Assembly: GCA_022072085.1 (NCBI GenBank)
Contig: JAJVII010000043.1
Span: forward strand, 446 to 64,445
Direction of reading: 5' to 3'
Source of the DNA: Phycisphaerae bacterium
GTDB taxonomy: Bacteria; Planctomycetota; Phycisphaerae; JAJVII01
Length of the DNA: 64,000 nucleotides
Shown: positions 26,784 to 35,212 of the stretch, one piece after another
How the letters are laid out: each line of letters opens with the position of its first letter
How positions within the stretch are numbered: the stretch's first letter is position 1
Notes under the pieces: model-generated
What the model was told of the DNA's origin: nothing
What the model saw: the letters and a program-made list of their open reading frames with translations, nothing else
Databases searched by the model: none
Made by a program: the position numbers and the translations under genes

Positions 26784-27437
26784 GTGAGACATGTTGCCGG
26801 ACACGTATTGACTGGGCTGGCGTTCGTCGGGGTTATGGTGTGGGCCGCCCAGGCCCAGGCCCACCCGTCGACGTGCAGCAACTGTCACACGCCCCACAGC
26901 TCGGTCGACCCCAACAGTGATACGGACTACGGGGTTCCGCTGTGGAGCACGAAGTGGAACAGCGACGGCCTGCCGACGTTCACGGTCTACACCAGCCCGC
27001 TGTTCGACGCGTTGGGAACCGACATCGGCCAGCCCGACGGGCCGAGCAAGCTCTGCCTGGGATGCCACGACGGCAGCTACATCAGCTCCAAGACCGGCAA
27101 CCCGATGGGCACGACGCACAGCTTCAACCCCGGCGGCGGCTCGCTCGCCCAGGGCCAGATGACCCTGACCGAGTCGCACCCGATCAGCTTCACCTACGCG
27201 ACCGCCTACAACAATCCGAACCTGCATGTGCCCGGTTCGCTGAAGGATCCTTCCTCGCCCAGCGGACTGCCGACCGGCGGCACGATCGCCAGCGACCTGC
27301 TGGACAGCAAGGGCAAGGTGCAGTGCACCAGCTGCCATGACGTTCACAACGCCAGCGCCGTGGGCGATCCGAACCTCCGCTTCGACTACGAGGCCGATCA
27401 CGGCAAGACCATGTGCCGGGCCTGCCACAACAAGTAA
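26784..27437 (+). CDS. Small secreted tetraheme c-type cytochrome (paralogue 1)
   Basis: GTG start preceded by AGGAGGTGTCTT. Signal peptide, then CSNCH, CLGCH, CTSCH and CRACH. ORF-track 26691 is an upstream extension. ORF 26676..27428(-) is antisense. Confidence 0.75.
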   Translation: MRHVAGHVLTGLAFVGVMVWAAQAQAHPSTCSNCHTPHSSVDPNSDTDYGVPLWSTKWNSDGLPTFTVYTSPLFDALGTDIGQPDGPSKLCLGCHDGSYISSKTGNPMGTTHSFNPGGGSLAQGQMTLTESHPISFTYATAYNNPNLHVPGSLKDPSSPSGLPTGGTIASDLLDSKGKVQCTSCHDVHNASAVGDPNLRFDYEADHGKTMCRACHNK

Positions 27438-27583
27438 TCGACGCCCAGGGTTCTTAACCGCCGGCCTCGGCCGGCCGACATGGAGAGATGACGATGAACC
27501 TGGTTGAAAACAAGACGGCCAACATGGAAGGCAGCAGCCAGGCTCATCTGATCCGCGAAATGACTTTGAACAGGAGGTGTCTT

Positions 27584-28210
27584 GTGAGACACGTTGCCGG
27601 ATACGTAGTGATCGGATTGGCGGTTCTGGCTGTCGTGATGCAGCCCGCCCCGGTCCTGGCGGCTCATAGCGACTACGGGTGCGCCGGGTGCCACACCCCG
27701 CACTATGCGACCAAGGCCAATGACGCCGAAGGAACCTGGGGCGTCCCGCTGTGGAACAACGTGAACCTGAACGACCAGGCCCTGCCCACGTTCACGCTCT
27801 ACAACAGCCCGACCTTCGACGTTCTGGACACCCAGATCACCCAGCCCGACGGGCCGAGCAAGCTCTGCCTGGGTTGCCATGACGGGACCTACTCCTACAT
27901 GTCGACCGAGCACAGCTTCGGCGCCGGCGGCGGGATGAGCCTGGAAACGTCACACCCCATCAGCTTCGTCTACAGCGACGCGCTGGCCAGCGATCCCAAG
28001 CTCCAGCACGCCGGCGAGCTGAAGCCGCCGTCCACGACGGCCAGCGGGCTGACCGCCAGCGGCACCATCGCGACCGACATGCTCGACGCCAAGAGCAAGA
28101 TGCAGTGCACCAGTTGCCATGACGTGCACACCAGCGGCATCGGTGAGACCCTGCTCCGCAAGAGTTACACCGACGGCAAAACGCTGTGCGTCACCTGCCA
28201 CAACAAGTGA
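27584..28210 (+). CDS. Small secreted tetraheme c-type cytochrome (paralogue 2)
   Basis: Near-identical translation-initiation context (CAGGAGGTGTCTTGTGAGACACGTTGCCGGATAC). Signal peptide, then CAGCH, CLGCH, CTSCH and CVTCH. Confidence 0.75.
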   Translation: MRHVAGYVVIGLAVLAVVMQPAPVLAAHSDYGCAGCHTPHYATKANDAEGTWGVPLWNNVNLNDQALPTFTLYNSPTFDVLDTQITQPDGPSKLCLGCHDGTYSYMSTEHSFGAGGGMSLETSHPISFVYSDALASDPKLQHAGELKPPSTTASGLTASGTIATDMLDAKSKMQCTSCHDVHTSGIGETLLRKSYTDGKTLCVTCHNK

Positions 28211-28251
28211 CAGTGATCGGCAGGCGACCTGACTCGCACCCTTGATCCCCC

Positions 28252-28290
28252 GGGCCGCAGGCGGTCACCCCGCCTGCGGCCCTCTTCTTT
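28252..28290 (+). terminator. Rho-independent terminator (GGGCCGCAGGCGG-tcacc-CCGCCTGCGGCCC followed by TCTTCTTT)
   Basis: A 13-bp perfect GC-rich stem and 5-nt loop with a T-rich tract, 42 nt after the stop of the second tetraheme gene. Confidence 0.7.
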
Positions 28291-28474
28291 GAACGCCCGC
28301 GCGGATAGCCGCCAGGGCGCCAAGGAAGCGCCAAGGGAAGATCGGAAGAGAGAGGAGGGGAATTCAGAGTCGGGCCCGGACTCTTCCTCCCGGCGACTTG
28401 GCGGTTGTCTTCTCATGGCTGCGCCTTGGCAACGCGTCGGGGCAGAATACAATGAAAGGCCCAGGAGGTATGCG

Positions 28475-29623
28475 ATGAGCCGATTCGCGACACCCGTGAC
28501 GGTCCTGGTTCTGACGCTGGCCGCCGCCGCGCTGCTGCCGCTGGCCGGCTGCGAGAAGCCGGAGGAGTCCGGTCCGGCCAAGCTCGTCTTCTATCCCACG
28601 CCGCCCGACCCGCCGCGCTACCAGTTCCTGACCAGCTTCTCGGACATCCAGGAGTGGATCAAGCCCACCCAGACCAGCCTGAAGGACTGGATCGTCGGCG
28701 GACCCACCGAATCCGAGCAGGCGATCAGCAAGATCAAAAACCCCTACGGCGTCGCCTGCCACCAGGGCAAGCTCTACATCTGCGACCTGGGGTTGACGCG
28801 GCTGGACGTGATCGACCTGGTCAAGGGGACCTACACGACGCTGGGCGACAAGCGGACGCTGCCCGACCCGATGAGCATCGAGATCACGCCTGACGGCACG
28901 AAATACGTCTGCGACAAGGCGCTCAAGCAGATCGTCGTCTTCGACGCCAACGACCAGTTCGTCTCGGCCCTGGGCGACCCGAAGGCCTGCACCCCGTCGG
29001 ACGTGGCCGTCGGCGCTGACGAACTCTACGTCGTTGACCAGCTCGGCGCGAAAGTCCAGGTCTGGTCGCGCGACGGCCAACTCAAGCGCGTCATCGGCGG
29101 GGTGGACAAGAACAGCGGCCAACTCATCAAGCCCGTGAGCATTGTGCTCGGCCAGGACAACCAGCTCTTCGTCTCGGACATGATCGCCAACACGATCTTC
29201 GTCTTCGACACCCAGGGCAAGTATCTCCGCAAGATCGGCGCGCCCGGCGACACGACCGGCCACTTCGCCCGCATCAAGGGGATGTGCCTGGACCCGGCCG
29301 GCCGACTCTATGTCGCCGACTCGACCTGGGACACGCTCCAGATCTTCACCCAGGACGGCCAGTTGCTGCTGGCGATCCGCGACCTGACCGAGACCCCGCA
29401 CCAGATGACCCAGCCGACCTGGGTGGCCGCCGACGGCTCCCCGGCCACCATGGAAGTGTTCAGGAAATACGCCGCCCCAGGCTTCGACCCGCAGTTCGTC
29501 GTCTTCGTCTCCAACGAGTTCGGCAAGAACAAGATCACCGTGCTGGCCTACGGCGAAGGCCGACTGCAAGCCGTCCCGGTCCCCGCGGCTGCCCCGACCA
29601 CGCAGCCGGCATCGGCCGACTGA
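28475..29623 (+). CDS. NHL-repeat / beta-propeller lipoprotein
   Basis: AGGAGG lies 6 nt upstream of ATG 28475. Lipobox LAGC. Repeated …LYV(C/A)D… and …QL(F/Y)V(S/V)D… blade motifs. ORF-track 28289 is an extension. Confidence 0.7.
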   Translation: MSRFATPVTVLVLTLAAAALLPLAGCEKPEESGPAKLVFYPTPPDPPRYQFLTSFSDIQEWIKPTQTSLKDWIVGGPTESEQAISKIKNPYGVACHQGKLYICDLGLTRLDVIDLVKGTYTTLGDKRTLPDPMSIEITPDGTKYVCDKALKQIVVFDANDQFVSALGDPKACTPSDVAVGADELYVVDQLGAKVQVWSRDGQLKRVIGGVDKNSGQLIKPVSIVLGQDNQLFVSDMIANTIFVFDTQGKYLRKIGAPGDTTGHFARIKGMCLDPAGRLYVADSTWDTLQIFTQDGQLLLAIRDLTETPHQMTQPTWVAADGSPATMEVFRKYAAPGFDPQFVVFVSNEFGKNKITVLAYGEGRLQAVPVPAAAPTTQPASAD

Positions 29624-29796
29624 ACGCTCTTTCTTCTCCGCCGAGCCGCCAGCGGAAGCTGGCGGGTATCTCACGCGCCGAAGAGAACCGCCAAGGCGCC
29701 AAGGGAAGACGCCAAGGGCGCCAAGCGGGGAAGAGTTTCAACGCCACAGATGGGGCAGGCAGGAGGCGCTGGGCATGTCACCTGCTGGGACCGCTT

Positions 29797-29912
29797 GCAT
29801 TTCTCATTGATCATTGCTCATTTCACATTGAGGGATTGCAGACGCCGACAGCAGCCCGCGCAACCTCTTCAATCTGCAATGTGAAATGAGCAATGATCAA
29901 TGTTCAATTCTC
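29797..29912. repeat. Low-GC element with a perfect 26-bp inverted repeat (CATTGATCATTGCTCATTTCACATTG / CAATGTGAAATGAGCAATGATCAATG) separated by 46 bp
   Basis: Arms at 29805-29830 and 29877-29902 are exact reverse complements. The AT-rich composition contrasts with the 68% GC background. Confidence 0.6.
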
Positions 29913-29996
29913 CCCAGTGCGTCAGGATGACCTTCCGAGCCGATCCGCTGCCTCAAATCGCCCTTCCCGGGTCTAGGATGCTCGGGCGCGGGGGCT

Positions 29997-30012
29997 GTCT
30001 CAGGGGTGAGAC
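29997..30012. promoter_or_regulatory. Perfect palindrome GTCTCA-GGGG-TGAGAC, candidate regulator site upstream of the ccm sigma-54 promoter
   Basis: 16-bp palindrome with an N4 spacer, ~105 bp upstream of the -24 element at 30117. Confidence 0.4.
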
Positions 30013-30116
30013 TGCGGGGGAAAGCGGGGCAAGAAGATGCTGGACCGCCAACACATAAAACACTATCATTACATAGGTTAAGAAATCTCCGTCGAGCCCG
30101 TCGAAAACCCTGTGAT

Positions 30117-30132
30117 TGGCATGCCGCTTGCA
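30117..30132 (+). promoter_or_regulatory. Sigma-54 -24/-12 promoter TGGCAT-GCCGC-TTGCA
   Basis: Textbook TGGCAY-N5-TTGCW match, 42 bp upstream of the ccmE start. Confidence 0.75.
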
Positions 30133-30173
30133 ACTACACTACTTGCAGAGGGCGGCTGACAGGGAGCCTTGCG

Positions 30174-30593
30174 ATGCGACACATGAAGATCAAGCTGGGA
30201 GTCGGAGCGGCCGTCGTGCTGCTGGCGGTCGGGTTTCTGGCCTACGCCGGCGTCCGCAAAGCCCAGGTTTATTACATGGAAGTCGACCAGTTCCTGGCCG
30301 ACCACGACGCCCAGGGCCAGCGGGTCCGGCTGTGCGGCACGGTGGCTGACGGGTCAATCCAGCGCAACGAGTCCGACCTCTCCCTGAAGTTCGAGCTGGC
30401 CGGCCGCGAGCACCGGATCCCCGTCCACTACAGCGGCCAGGTGCCCGACCTGTTTGCCGCCGGCGGCGAGGTGGTCGTGGAAGGCACGCTGGGCGGCGAC
30501 GGGGTGTTCGAGGCCGCCACGCTGATGACCAAGTGCGCCAGCAAGTACAAGCCCGAGGATTACCCGGCCAAGAAGACGGAGACGGGTAAATGA
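30174..30593 (+). CDS. ccmE: Cytochrome c maturation heme chaperone CcmE, variant with Cys replacing the heme-binding His (CxxxY type)
   Basis: N-terminal TM anchor followed by an OB-fold. The VRLCGTVADGS…GQVPDLFAAGGEVVVEGTL…LMTKCASKY block aligns with the proteobacterial CcmE …LPDLFREGQGVVVQG…LAKHDENY, with C where the covalent heme His sits. ORF-track 30006 is an extension. Confidence 0.8.
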   Translation: MRHMKIKLGVGAAVVLLAVGFLAYAGVRKAQVYYMEVDQFLADHDAQGQRVRLCGTVADGSIQRNESDLSLKFELAGREHRIPVHYSGQVPDLFAAGGEVVVEGTLGGDGVFEAATLMTKCASKYKPEDYPAKKTETGK

Positions 30594-32962
30594 CCTCCGC
30601 GTCCTTGGGCGCCATTTCGCTCCTGATCGCAACGGTGATCGCGGCGGCGACGGCCCTGGCGGCCGTGGCGGCGGTCGCGTTCCGCCGTGACGGGCTGGCC
30701 CGCCTGGCCCGGCTGGGCCTGCTGCTGCTGGCGGTCGCGTTCACCCTCTCCTGCGGCATCCTGATCGAGGCCTTTGTTCATAACCGCTTCGTCATCCGCT
30801 ACGTCGCCGACTATTCCGACACCGCCCTGTCGATCGGCTACAAGGTCGCGGGCCTGTGGGCCGGTCAGGCCGGCAGCCTGCTGCTGTGGGGCTGGCTGGT
30901 CGCCGCCATGGGCCTGTTGGCAGCGTTCGGACTGCGCCGCCGCGAGCCGGCGATGCAGGGCGGGCTGATCCTGACGGTCGCGCTGGTCTGCGGCTTCTTC
31001 GGCCTGGTGATGGTCGCGGTGGACGAGGCCCGGCCCTTCACAACCTACGACGCCATCGCCCGCGTCGGGCAGGAGCAGATGCTCGACGCCTTCTCGCCGG
31101 GGGACCGCTCCCGCATCGGCGAGTGCGCCAACGCCCTCCAGAACGCCGTGATGGGCCTGGCGGCCCAGAAGGACAAGCCCTGGAGCGGCACGATCGCGCG
31201 GGTGACTTTCAAGTCCGAGTCGGTCCCCGTCCCGCCCGACCCGTCGCACCCCGGGCTTCACACGCATCAGGAATACGCCGCCTACATCTACCTGGCTGAC
31301 GGGCAGCCCGGCGGCAGCCAGGCGCTGCTGAAGGCGCTGTCAGCCCGTGTGGGCCGGCTGGCCCCGGCCAGCGAGGGCGTCGGCCTCAAGCCGCTGCTCC
31401 AGAACCCGGCGATGGTGATTCATCCGCCGATGCTGTTCGTCGGCTACGCGGGGTTCACGCTGCCGCTGGCGCTGCTGGTGGGCGGGCTGCTGGCAGGCGG
31501 GCTGGACCACGACTGGATCGCCCGCGCCCGCCGCTGGACGGTGGTGAGCTGGCTGTTCCTGGGCGTGGGCATCGTGCTGGGGATGTGGTGGGCCTACGTC
31601 GAACTGGGCTGGGGCGGCTACTGGGCGTGGGATCCGGTCGAGAACGCCTCGCTGCTGCCCTGGTTCGTGGGCACGGCGCTGCTGCACGCGCTGATCGTGA
31701 TGCGCCACCGCCGCCTGTTCAAGCCGATCGTCGCGATCCTCACGCTGCTGACTTTCGCGCTGTGCATCTTCGCGACCTACCTGGTCCGCAGCGGCGTGAT
31801 CCAGTCGGTTCACGCGTTCGGCACGAGCGTTATCGGCGACTGGTTCCTGTGGTTCCTGATCGGCTCGATCGTCGTTTCAGCCGTGGCGATGGTCGTCCGT
31901 TTCCGCGTGCTGGCGCCCGAGGGCGAGGCCCGCTGGGGCGGACGCGAGTGGGCATTGGCCGCCGCCTGCGCCCTGCTCGTGCTGATGTGCGGGTTCACGC
32001 TGGTCGGCACGACTTGGCCGCTCATTTACAAGGCCCTGTTCGGCAAGATGGGCCTGGCGATGGACCAATCCTTCTATAACAACCGCGTGCTGCTGCTGTG
32101 GGGCCTGCCCACTGTGGCGCTGATGGCGTTCGGCCCGCTGATCGCCTACGGCAAGAAGATCCCCGACGACCTCGTGCGGCTGCTGGCCTTCTGCGGCGTG
32201 GCCGCGGCGGTGGCGGTCGGCCTCCCCTACCTGGCCGGCGTAAAGAGCCTCTGGGCGGGCGTCGGGCTGGCGATCCTCGGCCTGACCTTCGGGCTGGTCG
32301 TCTACGACTTCGTGCGGGCGATGTCGCTGGAGCGGGGCCAGGGCCCGGGCGGGGTGGGCCTGGCGTTCCGCATATTCGACGCCAACCACCGCCGCTACGG
32401 CGCCCAGCTCGCCCACGCGGGCGTCGCCCTGTTCATGATGGGCGTGCTGGGCACGGCCCTGTTCAGCACCGACCAGAAGGTGCTGCTGCGGCCGCACCAG
32501 ACCGTCGCCGCGACCAACCCGCTGACCGGCGGCGAATACACCGTCACCTACGACCAGTTCGTGGAGAAGGCCGCCGACACCTACGACTACCAGGCGGTCG
32601 TCCTCGCCGTGGACGCCGGCGGCGGACTCATCCGTCTGACGCCCGAGCAGCGGTCCTACTACTCGCACGTCGGCGAGACCTACGGCGAGATCGACATGAA
32701 CTCCACCGCCGCCCGCGACGTCTACGTCGCCCTGATCGGCGTGGGCAACGGCGGGCTGGTGCGGCTGAACATCATGGTCAAGCCGCTGGCGATGTGGCTG
32801 TGGATCGGAGCGACGGCGATCGCCCTGGGCGGGCTGCTCTGCCTCGTGCCGCCGCTGATTCCCGCGTTCAACCCCGCGACGGCCCGTCAGGGGGACCGCA
32901 AACCCGAACGACCCCGGCCGACGCCGGCCAAGGCCCAGTCGCCCTCGACAGCACGGACCTGA
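30590..32962 (+). CDS. ccmF: Cytochrome c-type biogenesis protein CcmF (heme lyase, WWD domain)
   Basis: 790-aa polytopic membrane protein with a WWD signature (WWAYVELGWGGYWAWDPVENASLLPW). ATGA overlap with ccmE. Confidence 0.85.
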   Translation: MTSASLGAISLLIATVIAAATALAAVAAVAFRRDGLARLARLGLLLLAVAFTLSCGILIEAFVHNRFVIRYVADYSDTALSIGYKVAGLWAGQAGSLLLWGWLVAAMGLLAAFGLRRREPAMQGGLILTVALVCGFFGLVMVAVDEARPFTTYDAIARVGQEQMLDAFSPGDRSRIGECANALQNAVMGLAAQKDKPWSGTIARVTFKSESVPVPPDPSHPGLHTHQEYAAYIYLADGQPGGSQALLKALSARVGRLAPASEGVGLKPLLQNPAMVIHPPMLFVGYAGFTLPLALLVGGLLAGGLDHDWIARARRWTVVSWLFLGVGIVLGMWWAYVELGWGGYWAWDPVENASLLPWFVGTALLHALIVMRHRRLFKPIVAILTLLTFALCIFATYLVRSGVIQSVHAFGTSVIGDWFLWFLIGSIVVSAVAMVVRFRVLAPEGEARWGGREWALAAACALLVLMCGFTLVGTTWPLIYKALFGKMGLAMDQSFYNNRVLLLWGLPTVALMAFGPLIAYGKKIPDDLVRLLAFCGVAAAVAVGLPYLAGVKSLWAGVGLAILGLTFGLVVYDFVRAMSLERGQGPGGVGLAFRIFDANHRRYGAQLAHAGVALFMMGVLGTALFSTDQKVLLRPHQTVAATNPLTGGEYTVTYDQFVEKAADTYDYQAVVLAVDAGGGLIRLTPEQRSYYSHVGETYGEIDMNSTAARDVYVALIGVGNGGLVRLNIMVKPLAMWLWIGATAIALGGLLCLVPPLIPAFNPATARQGDRKPERPRPTPAKAQSPSTART

Positions 32963-32981
32963 CGACGGAAGGAAGCGACCC

Positions 32982-34166
32982 ATGAAACGCATCGCATACA
33001 CTCTCGCGGCCGCGCTGGCCGGCCTCCTGCTGATCGCCGGTTCGCCACTCCGCGCGGACGACGCCCCCCAGGCCCCGACGACCCAGCCCGACGCGACCGG
33101 CCAGACGCCGCGCCTGCCCGCGGGCCACCCGGCCATCGGCGACACGTCCCGCCTGCCGGCCGGGCATCCGGCCATCGGCGGACAGGGCAAGCTGCCGGCC
33201 GGCCACCCGGCGATCGGCGGGACGGGCGGCCTGCCCGCGGGCCATCCGGCCCTGGGTCCCAACGGCAAGATGCCCGCCGGCCATCCGCAGGTCGAGGGCG
33301 TGACTCCCGAGCAGGCCCCGCCCTTCCCCACCAGCCAGCCCGAGACCGTCCGCGGCGTGCTGATGATAACCGCGACCCAGGGCACCGCGGGCGCCGCCGT
33401 CCCGGCCGGCGACGACGTGCTGGTCGACCTGATGTACGGCGGGTTCTCCATCCGCCAGCTCCGCGGCAAGCTGGACAGCGGCGGGCGGCTGATCCTCAGC
33501 GACGTCCCCGTCGGCGTGAAGGTGATGCCGATGGTCACCGTGCGGCACGACAACCACGACTTCCGCCAGACCGGCCCGCTGATGTCGCCGGAGGACCCCG
33601 ACCGGGCCGTCCGCATCGCCGTCTACCAGACCACCGAGACCGCCCCGGCCTGGAAGGTGTCCATGCACCACCTGATCCTCACCAGGATGCCTGACGGCAA
33701 GTCCTATCGCGTTCGTGAGATGCTGGTCGTCGAGAACCCCACCGACAAGGTCTGGATCGGCCCGATGGACGCCAAGGGCCAGCGCGTGACCATGCACATC
33801 CCGCTGCCGGTCAACACCGACGGCCGGGCACAGGTCGACGCGACGGTGGCTGTGCCCCCGGGCAGCTCGCAGCACACGATCGCCTACGCGATCCCGGTCA
33901 AGGACGGCAAGGCCGTCGTCGAGCTGGTCGCCCCGGCCCCGACCGACCGGCTGGTCGTGGTCAAGGCCGACGACGACGGCGCGAAGGTGAGCCTGGCGGG
34001 CCTGGAGGTCGGCCAGCAGATGCAGATCGACAAGGGGCGCACGATGACCTTCTACCAGGCCGAGTCGCTCAAGGCCGGGCAGAAGGTGTCGTTGACGCTG
34101 GAGCTGTCCGACAAGCCCGCCCCGCCCAAGACCAACGAGGCGTGGCGGACCGGCGGCGGCAAGTGA
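32982..34166 (+). CDS. Secreted protein with five 13-aa xxxLPAGHPAIGx repeats (His/Pro-rich), unknown function, inserted in the ccm cluster
   Basis: Signal peptide, a 39-bp tandem DNA repeat encoding (T/S/G)xxLPAGHPAIGx five times, then a ~250-aa domain shared with the next gene (…ETAPAWKVSMHHLILTRMPDGKSYRVREMLVVENP…). Confidence 0.55.
   Translation: MKRIAYTLAAALAGLLLIAGSPLRADDAPQAPTTQPDATGQTPRLPAGHPAIGDTSRLPAGHPAIGGQGKLPAGHPAIGGTGGLPAGHPALGPNGKMPAGHPQVEGVTPEQAPPFPTSQPETVRGVLMITATQGTAGAAVPAGDDVLVDLMYGGFSIRQLRGKLDSGGRLILSDVPVGVKVMPMVTVRHDNHDFRQTGPLMSPEDPDRAVRIAVYQTTETAPAWKVSMHHLILTRMPDGKSYRVREMLVVENPTDKVWIGPMDAKGQRVTMHIPLPVNTDGRAQVDATVAVPPGSSQHTIAYAIPVKDGKAVVELVAPAPTDRLVVVKADDDGAKVSLAGLEVGQQMQIDKGRTMTFYQAESLKAGQKVSLTLELSDKPAPPKTNEAWRTGGGK
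33100..33295. repeat. 39-bp tandem repeat x5 inside the CDS (encodes LPAGHPAIG units)
   Basis: Five successive CTGCC(C/G)GC(C/G)GGCCA(C/T)CCGGC(C/G)ATCGGC-containing units. Confidence 0.6.
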
Positions 34167-34170
34167 ACCC

Positions 34171-35208
34171 ATGACGCGATCCGGGGAACAGCCCGTGTTT
34201 GGACAAGCTTACTTTCGATTCGGCGCGATGGGGATGGGAGTGGCGGCGGCGTGGCTGGCGTTCGCGCCGGCGGCGTCGGCCCAGCCCCAGGCCGACCCGA
34301 ACCCGACGCACATGACCGGCTCGATCCCCGGCACGCTGCTGGTCATGGTCCAGCAGGGAACCAAGGGGGCGCCGGCCATCGCGGGCGGCCAGGTGGCCGT
34401 GGACCTGGTGCACGGCCGGCAGTCGCACTGGCACAAGACGGCCGAGTTAAGGGAGGACGGGCGGGTGCTGTTGGAGCAGATCCCGATCACCCTGCCGATC
34501 CAGCCCCAGGTGACATTCGCCTACAAAGGCATCGACTACACGCTGGTGGGCAAGGCCATGACTCCCGGCGCCCCCGACGGCGTCGTGCGGATCACCGTGT
34601 TCGAGCCGACCGAGACCGAGCCGGCCTGGGTCGTGAAGATGCACCATATCATCATCACGCCGACGCCCGACGGGCAGGCCTACAGGGTCGAGGAGAGCCT
34701 GGTGGTCGAGAACCCCGACGACCATACCTGGATCGGCAGACCCGACGGCCACGGCGGGCACGTCACGATGCGGCGGGCCCTGCCGGAGAACCTGGACAAC
34801 AAGCCCGAGTTCGTCAGCGATCAGCCGCTGCTGGGCGGCACGTCGAACTTCAAACTCGGCTACGTCATCCCGGTCCGCGACCGCAAGGCCGCCCTGCGAG
34901 TGCCGATGGTCGCGCCGACGCGGCAGGTAGAGGTCATGGTGACCGCCGACGAGGGCACACAGGTCGAGGCGGTGGACCTCACGCCCGACCCGTCCATGAA
35001 CCAGATGACCGGCAGAGAGTGCTACAAGGCCACGGACCTGGCGACCGGGCAGACGGTGGGCGTCTCGCTGGCGCTGCCGGCAGCCAAGGCGGTCGCCACG
35101 GCCGCCGGCGGCTCGCCCCTGCGCAAGATGCTCGCGCTGATCGGCGGAGCGATCGTGCTGCTGGGCCTGGGCATGTTCTGGTTCAGGAAGAAAGAGAAGA
35201 AGGCGTAG
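34171..35208 (+). CDS. Paralogue of 32982..34166 without the HP repeats, with a C-terminal TM anchor (unknown function)
   Basis: Shares …TE(T/P)(A/E)PAW(K/V)V(S/K)MHH(L/I)I(L/I)T…DG(K/Q)(S/A)YRV(R/E)E…VVENP… with the previous gene. Signal-like MGMGVAAAWLAFAPAASA gives an alternative start at ~34228. C-terminal helix LALIGGAIVLLGLGMFWF. Confidence 0.5.
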   Translation: MTRSGEQPVFGQAYFRFGAMGMGVAAAWLAFAPAASAQPQADPNPTHMTGSIPGTLLVMVQQGTKGAPAIAGGQVAVDLVHGRQSHWHKTAELREDGRVLLEQIPITLPIQPQVTFAYKGIDYTLVGKAMTPGAPDGVVRITVFEPTETEPAWVVKMHHIIITPTPDGQAYRVEESLVVENPDDHTWIGRPDGHGGHVTMRRALPENLDNKPEFVSDQPLLGGTSNFKLGYVIPVRDRKAALRVPMVAPTRQVEVMVTADEGTQVEAVDLTPDPSMNQMTGRECYKATDLATGQTVGVSLALPAAKAVATAAGGSPLRKMLALIGGAIVLLGLGMFWFRKKEKKA

Positions 35209-35212
35209 CGTC

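Noticed and set aside
27460-27475. Intrinsic terminator between the two tetraheme genes
   Set aside because: GC hairpin (GCCGGC-CTCG-GCCGGC) present but no U-tract. Kept only as a possible processing or attenuation site inside a finding, not as a terminator feature.
30856-31299. Internal ORFs within ccmF such as 30856..31299(+)
   Set aside because: Alternative-frame shadows. The ccmF frame is supported by the WWD signature and continuous TM helices.
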